Of a stretch of DNA of 64,000 nt, positions 21,995-33,412 are shown one piece after another. Both the position numbers and the translations under genes were made by a program. Source of the DNA: Candidatus Poribacteria bacterium (GTDB lineage: Bacteria > Poribacteria > WGA-4E > WGA-3G); contig CBDANF010000003.1 of NCBI GenBank assembly GCA_965197475.1, positions 3,680,001 through 3,744,000 of the forward strand, in the 5' to 3' direction. The notes under the pieces were generated by a model that was not told where the DNA came from, searched no databases, and saw only the letters and a list, made by a program, of their open reading frames with translations. Position 1 is the stretch's first letter. Each line of letters starts with the position of its first letter.

Positions 21995-23126
21995 ATGTAT
22001 AAAGACAAATTACATGAAATCCAAGCTATAATTGATGAGATTGAAAAACAAATTCAAGATGCTGAATGTGTGTTTCGAGGTGAACCAAAATGTTATGACA
22101 AAGTAGCCTGTGGTGCTCTACGAGAATACAGTAATGTCAAAGATACGTTTATGCCATCTACAATACTGACCGATATTCCTGGTCTAACAGTTGATACACG
22201 AGGTTTAGAAATTCACTTTAATTTTACAGCATCAAAGGAAGCAATTCAAGATAGTCAACAAGAGATGTTAAAAAATCTACAGCGTCGTATAGGCGAAGAA
22301 AACAACACGGATCACTTGAGTATGGTAGCTATACTACAACATATTGGTTACGGAACGCACCTACTGGATTTTACAAAAGATTATCGTATAGCTATGTTTT
22401 TTGCTTGTCGTAAAGAATTTGATGCAGATGGTAGAATCATACTTTTACGGACAGATAATGAAAAATACAAAATGCACAATATGTCTCAGAAGAAAGAATT
22501 ACACCTTGTAGAGGGTCGTGCTGCAGCACAAAAAAGTGTGTTAGTTGATTGCCCTGAATTGTATGTTGAGGAAGTTGATCATTATTATGTACGTAGAATT
22601 CCAAAAAACTTAAAAGTTCCTATTATGGAATATTTAAAAGCGAATGGGATTTCTGAGGAAACTATCTTCCCAGATTATTTAGGATTCATCAAAAAAGAAG
22701 AAGAACGTAAAGAAGCTCATAAGAATTTTCGAGAAGGTTTAGAACTTGAAGATAATGAAGATTACGATAAAGCCATTCAATGTTACAATAAAGCGATAAA
22801 TTTGAAGTATGACTTTGCTAGTGCTTACAAACATAAGGGTTATGTTTGGTGCATGAAAAAGGAATTGGAAAAGGCAGAAGAAGATTTAACAAAATCTTTG
22901 TATTTTGATCCTGTTGATATGAATACCGCTTTTAATGAAGTTATGTCCCTTGTAGAACCGGGTTTTTCTTATCATCATAGAAGTCGTGTTTATGCCCAGA
23001 AAGGCGAAAAAGATAAAGCACTACGCGATTGTAGAAAAGAGATAGACATTGACCCGAACTCAGCGAGACCATATTTTAATCGGGGACAAATTTATGCTAA
23101 TAATGGTGAATTAGAAAAAGCACTAA
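21995..23126 (+). pseudogene. FRG-domain + TPR protein, 5' part, split by IS; 3' part at 36205-36616
   Basis: VFRGE, LQHIGYGTHLLDFT, AAAQKSV FRG motifs; TPRs; frame runs into the IS after ...EKAL. Confidence 0.85.
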
Positions 23127-24482
23127 TTGATATTTATCAAAATTCTTCATATGTCAATGTTTATCAATGTTTTCTTGGTATTTGTTCATGAAAATGCTCG
23201 CTGAGATCAGACAGCATCTGCCTCTGTCCTGAAAGTTCAAGTTGTCCTTGATGAAAGGTTTTTCGCACGGAGCGACTGACCTGCTGTATCAAAAGGTAGC
23301 TCATCACTTTCACACCTAAGTTCGCATACGCGCCATTCCGTCCTTTTAGGCTCATGGATGCGAGGTTTAGGTCTGTTTTTAGATACCGCCAATACTGTTC
23401 TATACCGTGGTGTTGAGACCATATCCGCAGGATTTCACAAGCACGGAGTGGTTTCCCGAATACGAGCATTGTTCGGACTTTGCCACGGTCTGCCAAGAAC
23501 AACACCACTACTTTTCCAAAAGTTGGACTTGTGGCTTTAGTCCGATAGACCGGTTTATCGCACCCCCATTGATTGGAGAGGAGTTTGATCGACTTTTTAT
23601 GCTCCGAGAGTTTCACCTTTTTTTCATCAATCGTCATCACATAGTTGCTTTTTCCGTGCACAAGGATCGTTTCAAATCCCATTTCTCGCAAGGTGTCAAT
23701 CAAGTGGTGGCTGCCATACCACGAATCGAAGGTGATCGGATAGTTTCGGATATCTATTCCGGTCTCTTCAAAGAAGGACACCACTTCCTTGAACATAGTG
23801 ATGACACAAGAGGGTTTATCCGTGTTCCCGCGTCCTTGTTTGCTGACCAGTCGCATATTCAGCGGAATGATCTGATTTCCAATCTTTAGGACGATCCCCA
23901 ATATATTTTGCCCCTTCATCGGCTGTTTTGCTTGAGAAGACCACCAATTGGATGTGTAGGCGAGACCCTCTCCATAGCGGAAAACAAAGGTATCATCCAC
24001 ACTGATGACGATACGTAGACGCGATAGAGAAGCAGCACTTTTTGATACTGCCTCCTGTAGCACCTCTAACGCAATAGAACACCCGATACGCACAAAAAGA
24101 TGCTGCCAGAGATAAAGACTCATCGTGTTCAGTTCCCGATATAGCCTCGTTTTCGGAATAGACAACGCATCCGCCACTTGATCCGGGTTAGTGAGCCCAA
24201 ACAGATGGCAGGTTGACAAAAACACTAAGGTATGAACAAAATGCTGTTTCAAGGTCCGAAACTGTGAAGATAGAAGTTCTTGAAAAAAAGTGGTAGATTT
24301 GATAAGCTGAGTTAGCATGAGATATCCTCCTAATGTTTGTTTATATTCAAATCTGTAATTAGGATGCTATCTCATGCTATAAAAGTCAAGGAAAATGGAC
24401 ACAGCAAAAACGCATTTTCATGGTGCTATACCTTGTTTCTATTGATTATTATTAGGTTCAAGACCATTCTGAGAAATATCAG
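23127..24482 (-). mobile_element. IS4-superfamily (IS701/ISH3-like) insertion sequence, copy 1, 1356 bp
   Basis: IRs CTGATATTTCTCAGAAT and (C/T)TGATATTTATCAAAAT; near-identical inverted copy at 36617-37972. Confidence 0.9.
23164..24318 (-). CDS. DDE transposase
   Basis: SVDDT, TFDSWY, GIEQYWRYLK catalytic D-D-E. Confidence 0.88.
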   Translation of the reverse strand: MLTQLIKSTTFFQELLSSQFRTLKQHFVHTLVFLSTCHLFGLTNPDQVADALSIPKTRLYRELNTMSLYLWQHLFVRIGCSIALEVLQEAVSKSAASLSRLRIVISVDDTFVFRYGEGLAYTSNWWSSQAKQPMKGQNILGIVLKIGNQIIPLNMRLVSKQGRGNTDKPSCVITMFKEVVSFFEETGIDIRNYPITFDSWYGSHHLIDTLREMGFETILVHGKSNYVMTIDEKKVKLSEHKKSIKLLSNQWGCDKPVYRTKATSPTFGKVVVLFLADRGKVRTMLVFGKPLRACEILRIWSQHHGIEQYWRYLKTDLNLASMSLKGRNGAYANLGVKVMSYLLIQQVSRSVRKTFHQGQLELSGQRQMLSDLSEHFHEQIPRKH

Positions 24483-25893
24483 TACATGTATTTTAATCGG
24501 CATCTTGTGCCTTCTATGCCTTTTTAACCATGGAAACACCACCCTGGATGCACAGCAAATAACATCCATCCAGATTGAAGTATCAGATCTTGACCCAAAT
24601 TGGCGACCGGAAGTGAACAATTCGCTGACTTTTGAGATAAGTGTCACCGTCCCTGCCGATTTCTCCAGTGGGATGCTAGTCGCAGAGCTCCTAAATGTGA
24701 CAACCTATCCTGGTGCTTCTGGAAATATGTATTCTGTATTTGAGCATTACGGAGAAGATTCTGACGATCTTGGATTTTTTGTTAACATAGGGTGGACAAA
24801 GCCAGATGATAATAACAAGCGAAAACTTAGCTACAACATCTCGGAGACGGGGACGGTATCCCTTACCGTTCTTTGTCGTGACTACGCCGCTTATGGCGAA
24901 TTACAATTGACTGCATCTGGATCCGACGGCGCATCCACCCCGGTTACCTACACATCCAACACGGTTACCGTAAAAATACCCAGAGATGAAAACGGCAATA
25001 AAATTGCCGATGGCTGGCGAAACGATGCAACCGTGAACTACGGGCGGGATGACGATAATGATAGTGGCATCAATTCCAATTACGGCGATAACATCACTGT
25101 CCTCAACGAATACCGAGGTCTGTATGTCAACGGTGCCTGGACAGACACCGATCCCAATGCATGGGATGTTTTCGTCCAATCGAATGCTGGTATCGGTGGT
25201 GCGACTACTTTGCCTATGACCATACATCAAATGTCGTCATCGGAGGTAACGTGGGATGGGGGACAAGTCTACGACTTTGAAATTGAAAGAGAAAGCGGTG
25301 ATACATATAAACGAGTTTACGCCATTCGACTTACGAATGACCCAATGCAACTATCTAACTGTTACCATTACCAAGGTACTGCACTCGGTGAAATGGGACT
25401 TGGTCCTCCCTCATCCAACACAAGAGGTTGTATTTTTACTTCAAGGATATCAAAACATATCGGAGCTTGGGGGATAGGGGATACTACAGGTTTTACAAAT
25501 TCTATCATTGCCCATGAAATTGGGCACGGTGTTAGTCTTCATCATTGTCCGGATTATAACAACCCAAATTGCTATATGTGGGAGGTAGGAGACGGGGTAA
25601 ACCAATTTGTAACCCAGTTCGCCTGTCATCATGATCAAGACTATGCCCTATCCCCAACCACATCTGGTCCACAGTCTCCCGCTGGTGGATTTCGTCCCTA
25701 TAGAAAGTATATTTCCGCAAGCGGATTTTATACTATACAGCGCGAAGATGTTAATTTGGACGGTGTTGTTAATATTCTTGACCTAATCTATGTTGTATCA
25801 CGTATGGGTAGTACCGCTCCAACCACTGCGGATGTTAACAGGGATGGTATCGTTGATATTATAGATTTGTTGTATGTCACTACAGCATTTTGA
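24483..25893 (+). pseudogene. secreted zinc metalloprotease with dockerin-type C-terminus; native start displaced to 37973-37985
   Basis: AHEIGHGVSLHH zincin motif, CYM Met-turn, two DVNxDGxVxIxDL repeats; signal peptide cut by the IS. Confidence 0.8.
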
Positions 25894-26020
25894 ATTAAGT
25901 TTTTTCTCTGAAGAATAGCTGGGGAATTTATACCCTATGTCTACAATGACAGCAGTGTGTAGGTTGGGTAGAAGCAACTGAACCCAACCTACGCTGATAA
26001 GCAAAAGGAGGAACTGGACA

Positions 26021-27217
26021 ATGAAGACCAAATTGTTTTTAATTTTAATCATTCTGTTTGGGGCACTTGCATTTACCCCAAATACCTTTGCCCAAGATTC
26101 ACAGCAATGGCGTTTACGAGAAGAGACGAAAATATTTTTCGGTAAAGGTTACGTATTTGAGATAGCATATTCTCCAAATGACGAGCGTTTAGTGGTGGTG
26201 AGTTCTATTGGCACTTGGCTCTACGATGCACAGACAGGCGAGAAATTTGACCTACTTACAGGACATACGGATCTGATTACATGCGCAAAGTTCAGCCCGG
26301 ATGGAAAAAAACTTGCAACTGGAAGTTTAGACGGTACCATCTATCTACAAGATGTGGAAACAGGTACACACCTCTACACACTCACATGGAATTGGGGGAG
26401 GATCGGAGAAATATCGTTCGGTCCGTATGGAAAAAAAATAGTAGTTAGTAATGCGCTTGGTTTCATCGAGTTATGGGATGTGAACACAGGAAAGTACCTC
26501 CGTACTCTCCGGGTGCCAAGAAGAAATCAGATCAATAATTACCAAGCACTTACTTTGGTAGATGATTTCGTCTCTAGCATCGATTTCAGTCCGGATGGTA
26601 AAACTATCGTAAGTGGAGGTAGTGACAAGACAGTCCATCTTTGGAATGCCAATACAGGACAACCCATCCGAACTTTCATAGGACATACAGATTGGGTTAC
26701 GAGTGTCGTATTCAGTCCGGATAGCAAGACAATCGCAAGTGGCGGTTTTGATAACATCATCCGTTTGTGGAATGCCAATACAGGACAACCCATCCGAACT
26801 TTCATAGGACATACGGATTGGGTTACGAGTATCGTATTCAGTCCGGATGGCAAGACAATCGCAAGTGGCAGTGGAGACAGAACTATCCGTTTGTGGAATG
26901 CCAATACAGGACAACAACACCTCTGTCCCCTCACAGGGCATACGGATTCTGTCACAAGCGTTGTGTTCAGTCCGGATGGCAAGACAATCGCAAGTGGCGG
27001 TCATGACAGCACGGTGCTACTATGGGATATTGTCCCATCACAACTGCCCGAAGATGTCAATAAGGACGGTATTGTCAATATTAAAGACTTGATTGTTGTC
27101 GCGAATGCTTTTGGGGAAACGAAACCGGATCTTAACGGCGATGGAGTTGCTGATATACTGGACTTGCTCATTGTGGCATCAGCATTTGGGAATACGGTTT
27201 CTGCCACTGAAGAATAG
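26021..27217 (+). CDS. secreted WD40 repeat protein with dockerin-type tail
   Basis: signal peptide; GHTDWVTSVVFSPDG...IRLW repeats; EDVNKDGIVNIKDL. Confidence 0.9.
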   Translation: MKTKLFLILIILFGALAFTPNTFAQDSQQWRLREETKIFFGKGYVFEIAYSPNDERLVVVSSIGTWLYDAQTGEKFDLLTGHTDLITCAKFSPDGKKLATGSLDGTIYLQDVETGTHLYTLTWNWGRIGEISFGPYGKKIVVSNALGFIELWDVNTGKYLRTLRVPRRNQINNYQALTLVDDFVSSIDFSPDGKTIVSGGSDKTVHLWNANTGQPIRTFIGHTDWVTSVVFSPDSKTIASGGFDNIIRLWNANTGQPIRTFIGHTDWVTSIVFSPDGKTIASGSGDRTIRLWNANTGQQHLCPLTGHTDSVTSVVFSPDGKTIASGGHDSTVLLWDIVPSQLPEDVNKDGIVNIKDLIVVANAFGETKPDLNGDGVADILDLLIVASAFGNTVSATEE

Positions 27218-27410
27218 CACGCTTAATGCCACATAAACGGTAGGAGCGATTTTCAAATCATGACACATTCCGTAGGAGCGATCTCCGAATCGTGACCGGT
27301 CGGGAATCGGAATTCCCTCCTACCTTTGTCCTGGGTTTGTAATGATTTCCATAAAAAGGAGATATTGGACAATGAAGACTAAATTCCTTTTGATTTTAAC
27401 CATTTTGTTT
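27168..27410 (+). repeat. direct repeat of gene end + intergenic + gene start, second copy near 29428-29670
   Basis: near-identical sequence at an offset of 2260 bp. Confidence 0.85.
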
Positions 27411-29477
27411 ACAATACTTATATTTACTCTAAACACCTTTGCCCAAGATTCCCTGCAATGGCATCTACCCGAAGGTGCGAAAATGCGCCTCGGTAAAGGA
27501 CAGATACATGAGATAGCATACTCTCCAGATGGCACGCGTTTTGCGGTAGGAAGTTCTATCGGAACTTGGCTCTACGATGCGGAAACTGGTGAGGAACTTG
27601 ACCTACTCACGGTGCATACGGTTGCTGTCAGAAGCGTGGCGTTCAGTCCGGATGGAAAAAAAATCGCAAGTGGCAATCAGGACAACAAAATCCGCCTATG
27701 GGATGTGAACACAAGGCAACTTCTCCACACACTTATAGGGCATACGAAAGGTGTTATTAGTATAGCGTTCAGCCCGGATGGGAAAAAAATCGCAAGTAGC
27801 AGTTGGGACGATACAATCCGTCTGTGGAATACCGACACAGGCACACCCCTTCACACACTCACAGGGCATATAGGTGTTGCAGGGCATATAGGTGCGGTCC
27901 ATAGCATAGCGTTCAGCCCGGATGGCAAGACACTCGCAAGTGGCAGCACGGACAAAACCATCCGTCTGTGGGACGTTAATACGGGACAACTTCTTCACAC
28001 ACTCATAGAGCATGCGAATTATGTTGTTAGTGTAGCGTTCAGCCCGGATGGGAAAACACTCGCAAGTGGCAGCACGGACAGAACCATCCGTCTGTGGGAT
28101 ACCGATACAGGCACACTTCTCCGCACAATCACAATCACAGAGCGTATATGGGGGATTTCACACGTCGTATTTAGTCCGGATGGCAAGACAATCGCAGGTG
28201 GCATCACGGACAAAACCATCCGTCTGTGGGATGTTGATACGGGACAACTTCTCCACACACTCATAGGGCATACGAAAAGTGTTATTAGTGTAGCGTTCAG
28301 CCCGGATGGCAAAACACTCACAAGTAGAAGTGCGGACAGAACCATCCGTCTGTGGGATACCGATACAGGAGAACCCCTCCGCACACTCACTTTGCCTTTG
28401 CATTTGTTTTTTGCCTCTACTAACGCTGTGTTCAGTCCGGATGGGAAAACACTCGCAAGTGGCATCACGGACAAAACCATCCATCTGTGGGATGCCGACA
28501 CAGGACAACTTCTCCGTACGCTCACAGGACATACGTTTTCGGTCCGCAGCATAGCGTTCAGTCCGGATGGAAAAAAACTCGTAAGTGGCGGTGAGCGCAT
28601 TATCCGTCTGTGGGATATCGACACAGGCACACCCCTCCGCACACTCACAGGACACGCGTTTTCGGTCCGTAGCGTAGCATTCAGTCCAGATGGAAAAAAA
28701 ATCGCAAGTGGCAGTACGGACAGAACCATCCGTCTGTGGGATGCGGACACAGGCACACCCCTCCGCACGCTCATAGGACATACGAATATTATCAATAGTG
28801 TAGTGTTCAGCCCGGATGGCAAGACAATCGCAAGTGGCAGTGATGATGGCACTATTCGTTTGTGGGATGCGGACACAGGCACACCCCTCCACACAATCAC
28901 AGTGGAAAACCGTTTTATTAATAGTATCGCGTTCAGTCCAGATGGGAAAAAGATCGTAAGTAACGGTCGTGCCCGCACTATCCATCTGTGGGATGCCGAC
29001 ACAGGCACATCCCTTCAAACAATCATACTGTCTCGAGTTCACACAGTTGGTTTGACCTATATCGAGAGTGTCGCATTTAGCCCGGATGGCAGGACAATCG
29101 CAAGTGGTACTGGTTTCAATTATGGCGGTAGACAGGGAGACAACACTATTCATCTATGGGATGCCGATACTGGAGAACATTTACGCACCTTCACAAGGCA
29201 TGCATATCCTGTGGAGCACGTAACGTTTAGTCCGGATGGAAGCACGCTCGCAAGTGTAAGTGGGGATGGTACGGTGCTCCTGTGGGATATTGCACCTTCA
29301 CAACTGTCCGAAGATATTAATGGGGACGGTGTTGTGAATATTCAAGATTTAGTTGCTGTCGCGAATGCTTTTGGGGAAGCAGAACCGGATCTCAACGACG
29401 ATGGTGTTGTTAATATTCAGGACTTGATCATTGTGGCATCGGCATTTGGGAATACGGTTTCTGCCACTGAAGAATAG
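27372..29477 (+). CDS. secreted WD40 repeat protein with dockerin-type tail
   Basis: AGGAG RBS before MKTKF; many FSPDG/IRLWD repeats; EDINGDGVVNIQDL. Confidence 0.9.
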   Translation: MKTKFLLILTILFTILIFTLNTFAQDSLQWHLPEGAKMRLGKGQIHEIAYSPDGTRFAVGSSIGTWLYDAETGEELDLLTVHTVAVRSVAFSPDGKKIASGNQDNKIRLWDVNTRQLLHTLIGHTKGVISIAFSPDGKKIASSSWDDTIRLWNTDTGTPLHTLTGHIGVAGHIGAVHSIAFSPDGKTLASGSTDKTIRLWDVNTGQLLHTLIEHANYVVSVAFSPDGKTLASGSTDRTIRLWDTDTGTLLRTITITERIWGISHVVFSPDGKTIAGGITDKTIRLWDVDTGQLLHTLIGHTKSVISVAFSPDGKTLTSRSADRTIRLWDTDTGEPLRTLTLPLHLFFASTNAVFSPDGKTLASGITDKTIHLWDADTGQLLRTLTGHTFSVRSIAFSPDGKKLVSGGERIIRLWDIDTGTPLRTLTGHAFSVRSVAFSPDGKKIASGSTDRTIRLWDADTGTPLRTLIGHTNIINSVVFSPDGKTIASGSDDGTIRLWDADTGTPLHTITVENRFINSIAFSPDGKKIVSNGRARTIHLWDADTGTSLQTIILSRVHTVGLTYIESVAFSPDGRTIASGTGFNYGGRQGDNTIHLWDADTGEHLRTFTRHAYPVEHVTFSPDGSTLASVSGDGTVLLWDIAPSQLSEDINGDGVVNIQDLVAVANAFGEAEPDLNDDGVVNIQDLIIVASAFGNTVSATEE

Positions 29478-29631
29478 CACGCTTAATGCCACATAAACGG
29501 TAGGAGCGATTTTCAAATCATGACACATTCCGTAGGAGCGATCTCCGAATCGTGACCGGTCGGGAATCGGAATTCCCTCCTACCTTTGTCCTGGGTTTGT
29601 AATGATTTCCATAAAAAGGAGATATTGGACA

Positions 29632-31722
29632 ATGAAGACTAAATTCCTTTTGATTTTAACCATTTTGTTTGCGGCACTTACATTTACTCCGAACATTTTT
29701 CCGCAAGATTCACCGCAATGGCATCTACCCGAAGGTGCGAAAATGCGTTTCGGTAAAGGTAGGATATATGAGATAGCATACTCTCCAGATGGCACGCGTT
29801 TGGCGGTGGCAAGCTCCATCGGAGTTTGGCTCTACGATGCGGAGACTGGTGAGGAGCTTGACCTACTCACAGGGCATACAGGTAGAGTTATTAGTGTCGT
29901 ATTTAGTCCGGATGGAAAAACAATCGCAAGTGGGAGTACGGACAGAACTATTCGTCTGTGGAATGTGGACACAGGACAACACATCCGCACGCTTACCGGG
30001 CATGGAGGGACGGTCCAGAGCGTAGCGTTCAGTCCGGATGGGAAAAAAATCGCAAGTGGCAGTAGGGATCATACCCTCCGTCTGTGGGATGCGGACACAG
30101 GCACACTCCTCCATAAATTAATAGGACACCAGGGTGGAGGTGGTCGCGGCGATGTAGAAGCAACTTATGCCTACCTTAGCGTTGCGTTCAGTCCGGATGG
30201 GAAGACACTTGCAGGCGGTAATCAAACAAGTTTTATCAACCTGTGGGATGTGGATACAGGCATGCTCCTCCGTACGCTCATAAGGAATTATGATCATGGT
30301 GATGTCCTTAGCGTGGTATTCAGTCCGGATGGGAAAAAAATCGCAAGCGGCGGTAGCGACGGCACTATCCGTCTGTGGGATGCGGACACAGGCACACCTC
30401 TCTACAGGCTCAGCGGGATTACAGAGCATTTTGCTTTTGTTAATAGCGTCGTTTTCAGTCCGGATGGAAAAACACTTGCAAGTAGCAGTAGCCACCTCGG
30501 TACTATCCATCTGTGGGATGCGGACACAGGCACACCTCTTCGTATACTCACGGGGCATGCGGAGAGTACTTATAGCGTAGTGTTCAGTCCGGATGGCAAT
30601 AAAATCGCAAGTAGTGGGAGGGACAGCACTAGTGACAGCACTATCCGTTTGTGGGATGCCCACACAGGACAACCCATCCGCAAACTCACTGAGCATTTGT
30701 TTTTATCCTCTAACGTTGAGTTTAGTCCGGATGGGGAAATAATCGCAAGCGGCAGCAACAAAGGTACTATCTATCTGTGGGATACTGACACAGGTAAGCT
30801 TCTTCGTCTCCTCACGGGACATGATCGTCGGGTCGATAGCGTAGCGTTCAGCCCAGATAACAAAACAATCGCAAGTAGCAGTGCGGACAGCACTATTCGT
30901 CTGTGGAATGCGGACACAGGCACACACATCCGCACAATCAGAGCGTATGGCGATAGCGTCGTGTTCAGTCCGGATGGAAAAACAATTGTCAGTGGCAGGA
31001 ATTACCGCACTATTCATCTGTGGGATGCGGACACAGGCACACTCCTCCGCACAATCACATGGGATGCAGTTCGAGGCTTTTATAATGTGGTCCTTAGTCC
31101 GGATGGAAAAACAATCGCAAGTGGCAGTTGGGACGGACCTATCTATCTGTTGGATGCGGACACAGGCACACTCCTCCGCACAATCACAGTGCCTCTAAGT
31201 GCTGGCAGTACGCTCGCGTTTAGCCCGGATGGGAAAAAGCTCGTAAGTGACGGTGGTCGCAACCGCACTATACATCTTTGGGATGTGGACACAGGTACAC
31301 TTCTCCAAACACTTACATGGAGTGGAGGTGCTGTCTTTAGCATCGCTTTCAGTCCGGATGGCAAGACAATCGCAAGTGGCAGTAGCGACCATACCATCCG
31401 TTTGTGGGATGCCCAAACAGGAGGAGAACCCCGCCGCGCACTTATAGGGCATACGTATTTTGTTACTAGCGTCGCTTTCAGTCCGGATAGCAAGACAATC
31501 GCAAGTGGCAGTAGCGATGGGACTGTGTTACTATGGGATATTGCACCATCACAACTGTCCGAAGATATTAATGGGGACGGTGTTGTGAATATTCAAGATT
31601 TAGTTGCTGTCGCGAATGCTTTTGGGGAAGCAGAACCGGATCTCAACGACGATGGTGTTGTGAATATTCAGGACTTGATCATTGTGGCATCGGCATTTGG
31701 GAATACGGTTGCCGATCCGTAA
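29632..31722 (+). CDS. secreted WD40 repeat protein with dockerin-type tail
   Basis: same architecture; near-identical termini to the previous gene. Confidence 0.9.
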   Translation: MKTKFLLILTILFAALTFTPNIFPQDSPQWHLPEGAKMRFGKGRIYEIAYSPDGTRLAVASSIGVWLYDAETGEELDLLTGHTGRVISVVFSPDGKTIASGSTDRTIRLWNVDTGQHIRTLTGHGGTVQSVAFSPDGKKIASGSRDHTLRLWDADTGTLLHKLIGHQGGGGRGDVEATYAYLSVAFSPDGKTLAGGNQTSFINLWDVDTGMLLRTLIRNYDHGDVLSVVFSPDGKKIASGGSDGTIRLWDADTGTPLYRLSGITEHFAFVNSVVFSPDGKTLASSSSHLGTIHLWDADTGTPLRILTGHAESTYSVVFSPDGNKIASSGRDSTSDSTIRLWDAHTGQPIRKLTEHLFLSSNVEFSPDGEIIASGSNKGTIYLWDTDTGKLLRLLTGHDRRVDSVAFSPDNKTIASSSADSTIRLWNADTGTHIRTIRAYGDSVVFSPDGKTIVSGRNYRTIHLWDADTGTLLRTITWDAVRGFYNVVLSPDGKTIASGSWDGPIYLLDADTGTLLRTITVPLSAGSTLAFSPDGKKLVSDGGRNRTIHLWDVDTGTLLQTLTWSGGAVFSIAFSPDGKTIASGSSDHTIRLWDAQTGGEPRRALIGHTYFVTSVAFSPDSKTIASGSSDGTVLLWDIAPSQLSEDINGDGVVNIQDLVAVANAFGEAEPDLNDDGVVNIQDLIIVASAFGNTVADP

Positions 31723-31813
31723 ACCACGGACCGTAGACTTTGCTGTCCATTCAGCACATCGAGATGTTGAAAATAAAATCTGTAATTGCAGACAAGATTT
31801 CCAAGTAACTACC

Positions 31814-33412
31814 CTACTTTGACACATCAGATCTGCGCGGAAAAATCAAGATAGCATCTGAAACCGCGCGCCCTTGGAACCTTGACGTAGGACGAATCCT
31901 ACGGTTACCGCGTGCAGTCTTTGTGTTCTTCTCAGGTGCTGCTTTTTTGGACGGTTGTTTATCTGGTGACGACAGTTTAGCGTTCTTATAAGGTTGTTTA
32001 TCTGGTGACGACAGTTTAGCGTTCTTATAAGGTTGTTTATCTGGTGAAGCGGATTTAGATTTATTATCAGGTTGTTTGTCTGGTGCAGCGGGTTTTGATT
32101 TATCCTTAGACGGAGTCCGGGCGGGTTGTGGTCGCTTGACACTCACCACCTGATTCCGAATGATCATCATTGATGAATAACCGCCATCCAAATTGACAGC
32201 ATCTGTCGCGCCCCATTTCAGAAAAAGTTTCGCGAGTTTCTGCAACATAACACCGCGTCGCACACCCGGTTTCGCTCCAGTTATTGTGACAAAGAGGAGA
32301 GCACCATCTGCTTTTTTACCAACTGCGGTGCGCGGATGCCAAAAACTGTGAAACGCACGATCAAATCCTTCACGTTCATACACTTCTGTTGTAGATGTGA
32401 TACCATGCCTTAATAATAAGGGACCGCCGCCGATAATATGCGCAAAACTTGCCCACAAATTACTGTCCCCAACGCGTTCAGGAATAATTGTCTCGCTGAT
32501 CTTCACCGAATCGCCACGAGCGATATGTTCCAACAGCAATGCCCGCTTCTTTCCATTTGCTGAAAGAACATAACCATCAGCAGGAATGCGTGAACTTCCC
32601 TGTCCATCATAAATGTCCACCACCTCATCGTTTCGGACGGCAACTTCAACGCCATCATGCATCGTCAACGTTACGCTGTGAAAGTAGGGACGGTATAGTA
32701 CCAGTTCGTTTCTCAAACGCCCCCGATTGATACCGTCAATTATTAATGCCGTGCCATTTGGCAAGACAAGTTCATGCCGGAGGGCAATTCGATCTATATA
32801 CGCCTCAATTTTTCCATTGACGGTTCTAAACCCGATAACCCCGCGTCCCTGCTCTGGTTCGCTTACCCATTCACCATCAATTTTCAGTGCCCCGACCGAC
32901 TCTCCGCGAAAAGTGCCTGCCATCTCATAGAACCCGCCATTAATTGCAATAGGTGCTTGGTGTCGTTTCGCAATTGAGGGTAAATGTTCGGTGCCGATAC
33001 CCGCGCTTAGGGCGCGATACGGATGGATATCTACCGCATCTGGCTCTACTGAAAGGATGTTCGTCAACACACCGTCATCCAGTATCTGCCGATGGACAAT
33101 TCCAGGCAACACCTGCTTTGTCTCATCACTTCGCTCAGGATCGGTATAAGATTTGAAATAGTCCGGTATTTTTCCAAACCGCACCTCTCTGCCTACCCAG
33201 ATACCGATACAGATACAGAAAAACGTTAGCAAGCCAATTATTGTCCACGTACGCGGGTAGCGTTTGATAAAACGGATACATCGCCGTCCTAAGTAGATAA
33301 TATCAAACATTTTCTGTCGTGTGAGAACTTTACTTTGGTCTTGTTTAAGTTCGCGGCACCCGCGACGTTTTTCGTTTATATAGGAGTAAGGTTTTCTACC
33401 CGACTTTCCCAT
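31814..33412 (-). CDS. phosphodiester glycosidase (NAGPA-like) family protein; start may be nearer 33310
   Basis: AINGGFY, GGGPLLL, HPRTAVG, AVNLDGGYSS motifs. Confidence 0.85.
   Translation of the reverse strand: MGKSGRKPYSYINEKRRGCRELKQDQSKVLTRQKMFDIIYLGRRCIRFIKRYPRTWTIIGLLTFFCICIGIWVGREVRFGKIPDYFKSYTDPERSDETKQVLPGIVHRQILDDGVLTNILSVEPDAVDIHPYRALSAGIGTEHLPSIAKRHQAPIAINGGFYEMAGTFRGESVGALKIDGEWVSEPEQGRGVIGFRTVNGKIEAYIDRIALRHELVLPNGTALIIDGINRGRLRNELVLYRPYFHSVTLTMHDGVEVAVRNDEVVDIYDGQGSSRIPADGYVLSANGKKRALLLEHIARGDSVKISETIIPERVGDSNLWASFAHIIGGGPLLLRHGITSTTEVYEREGFDRAFHSFWHPRTAVGKKADGALLFVTITGAKPGVRRGVMLQKLAKLFLKWGATDAVNLDGGYSSMMIIRNQVVSVKRPQPARTPSKDKSKPAAPDKQPDNKSKSASPDKQPYKNAKLSSPDKQPYKNAKLSSPDKQPSKKAAPEKNTKTARGNRRIRPTSRFQGRAVSDAILIFPRRSDVSK
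31952..32085 (-). repeat. 39-bp coding tandem repeat (PDKQPYKNAKLSS-like)
   Basis: ggttgtttatctggtga unit recurring every 39 bp. Confidence 0.75.

Noticed and set aside
28019-29153. Long antisense ORFs (329 and 331 aa)
   Set aside because: Shadow frames of the repetitive WD40 gene.
26021-31722. Regularly spaced conserved DNA motifs with variable spacers (CRISPR- or DGR-like)
   Set aside because: They are in-frame WD40 repeats; no cas genes, reverse transcriptase or adenine-specific template/variable pair is visible.
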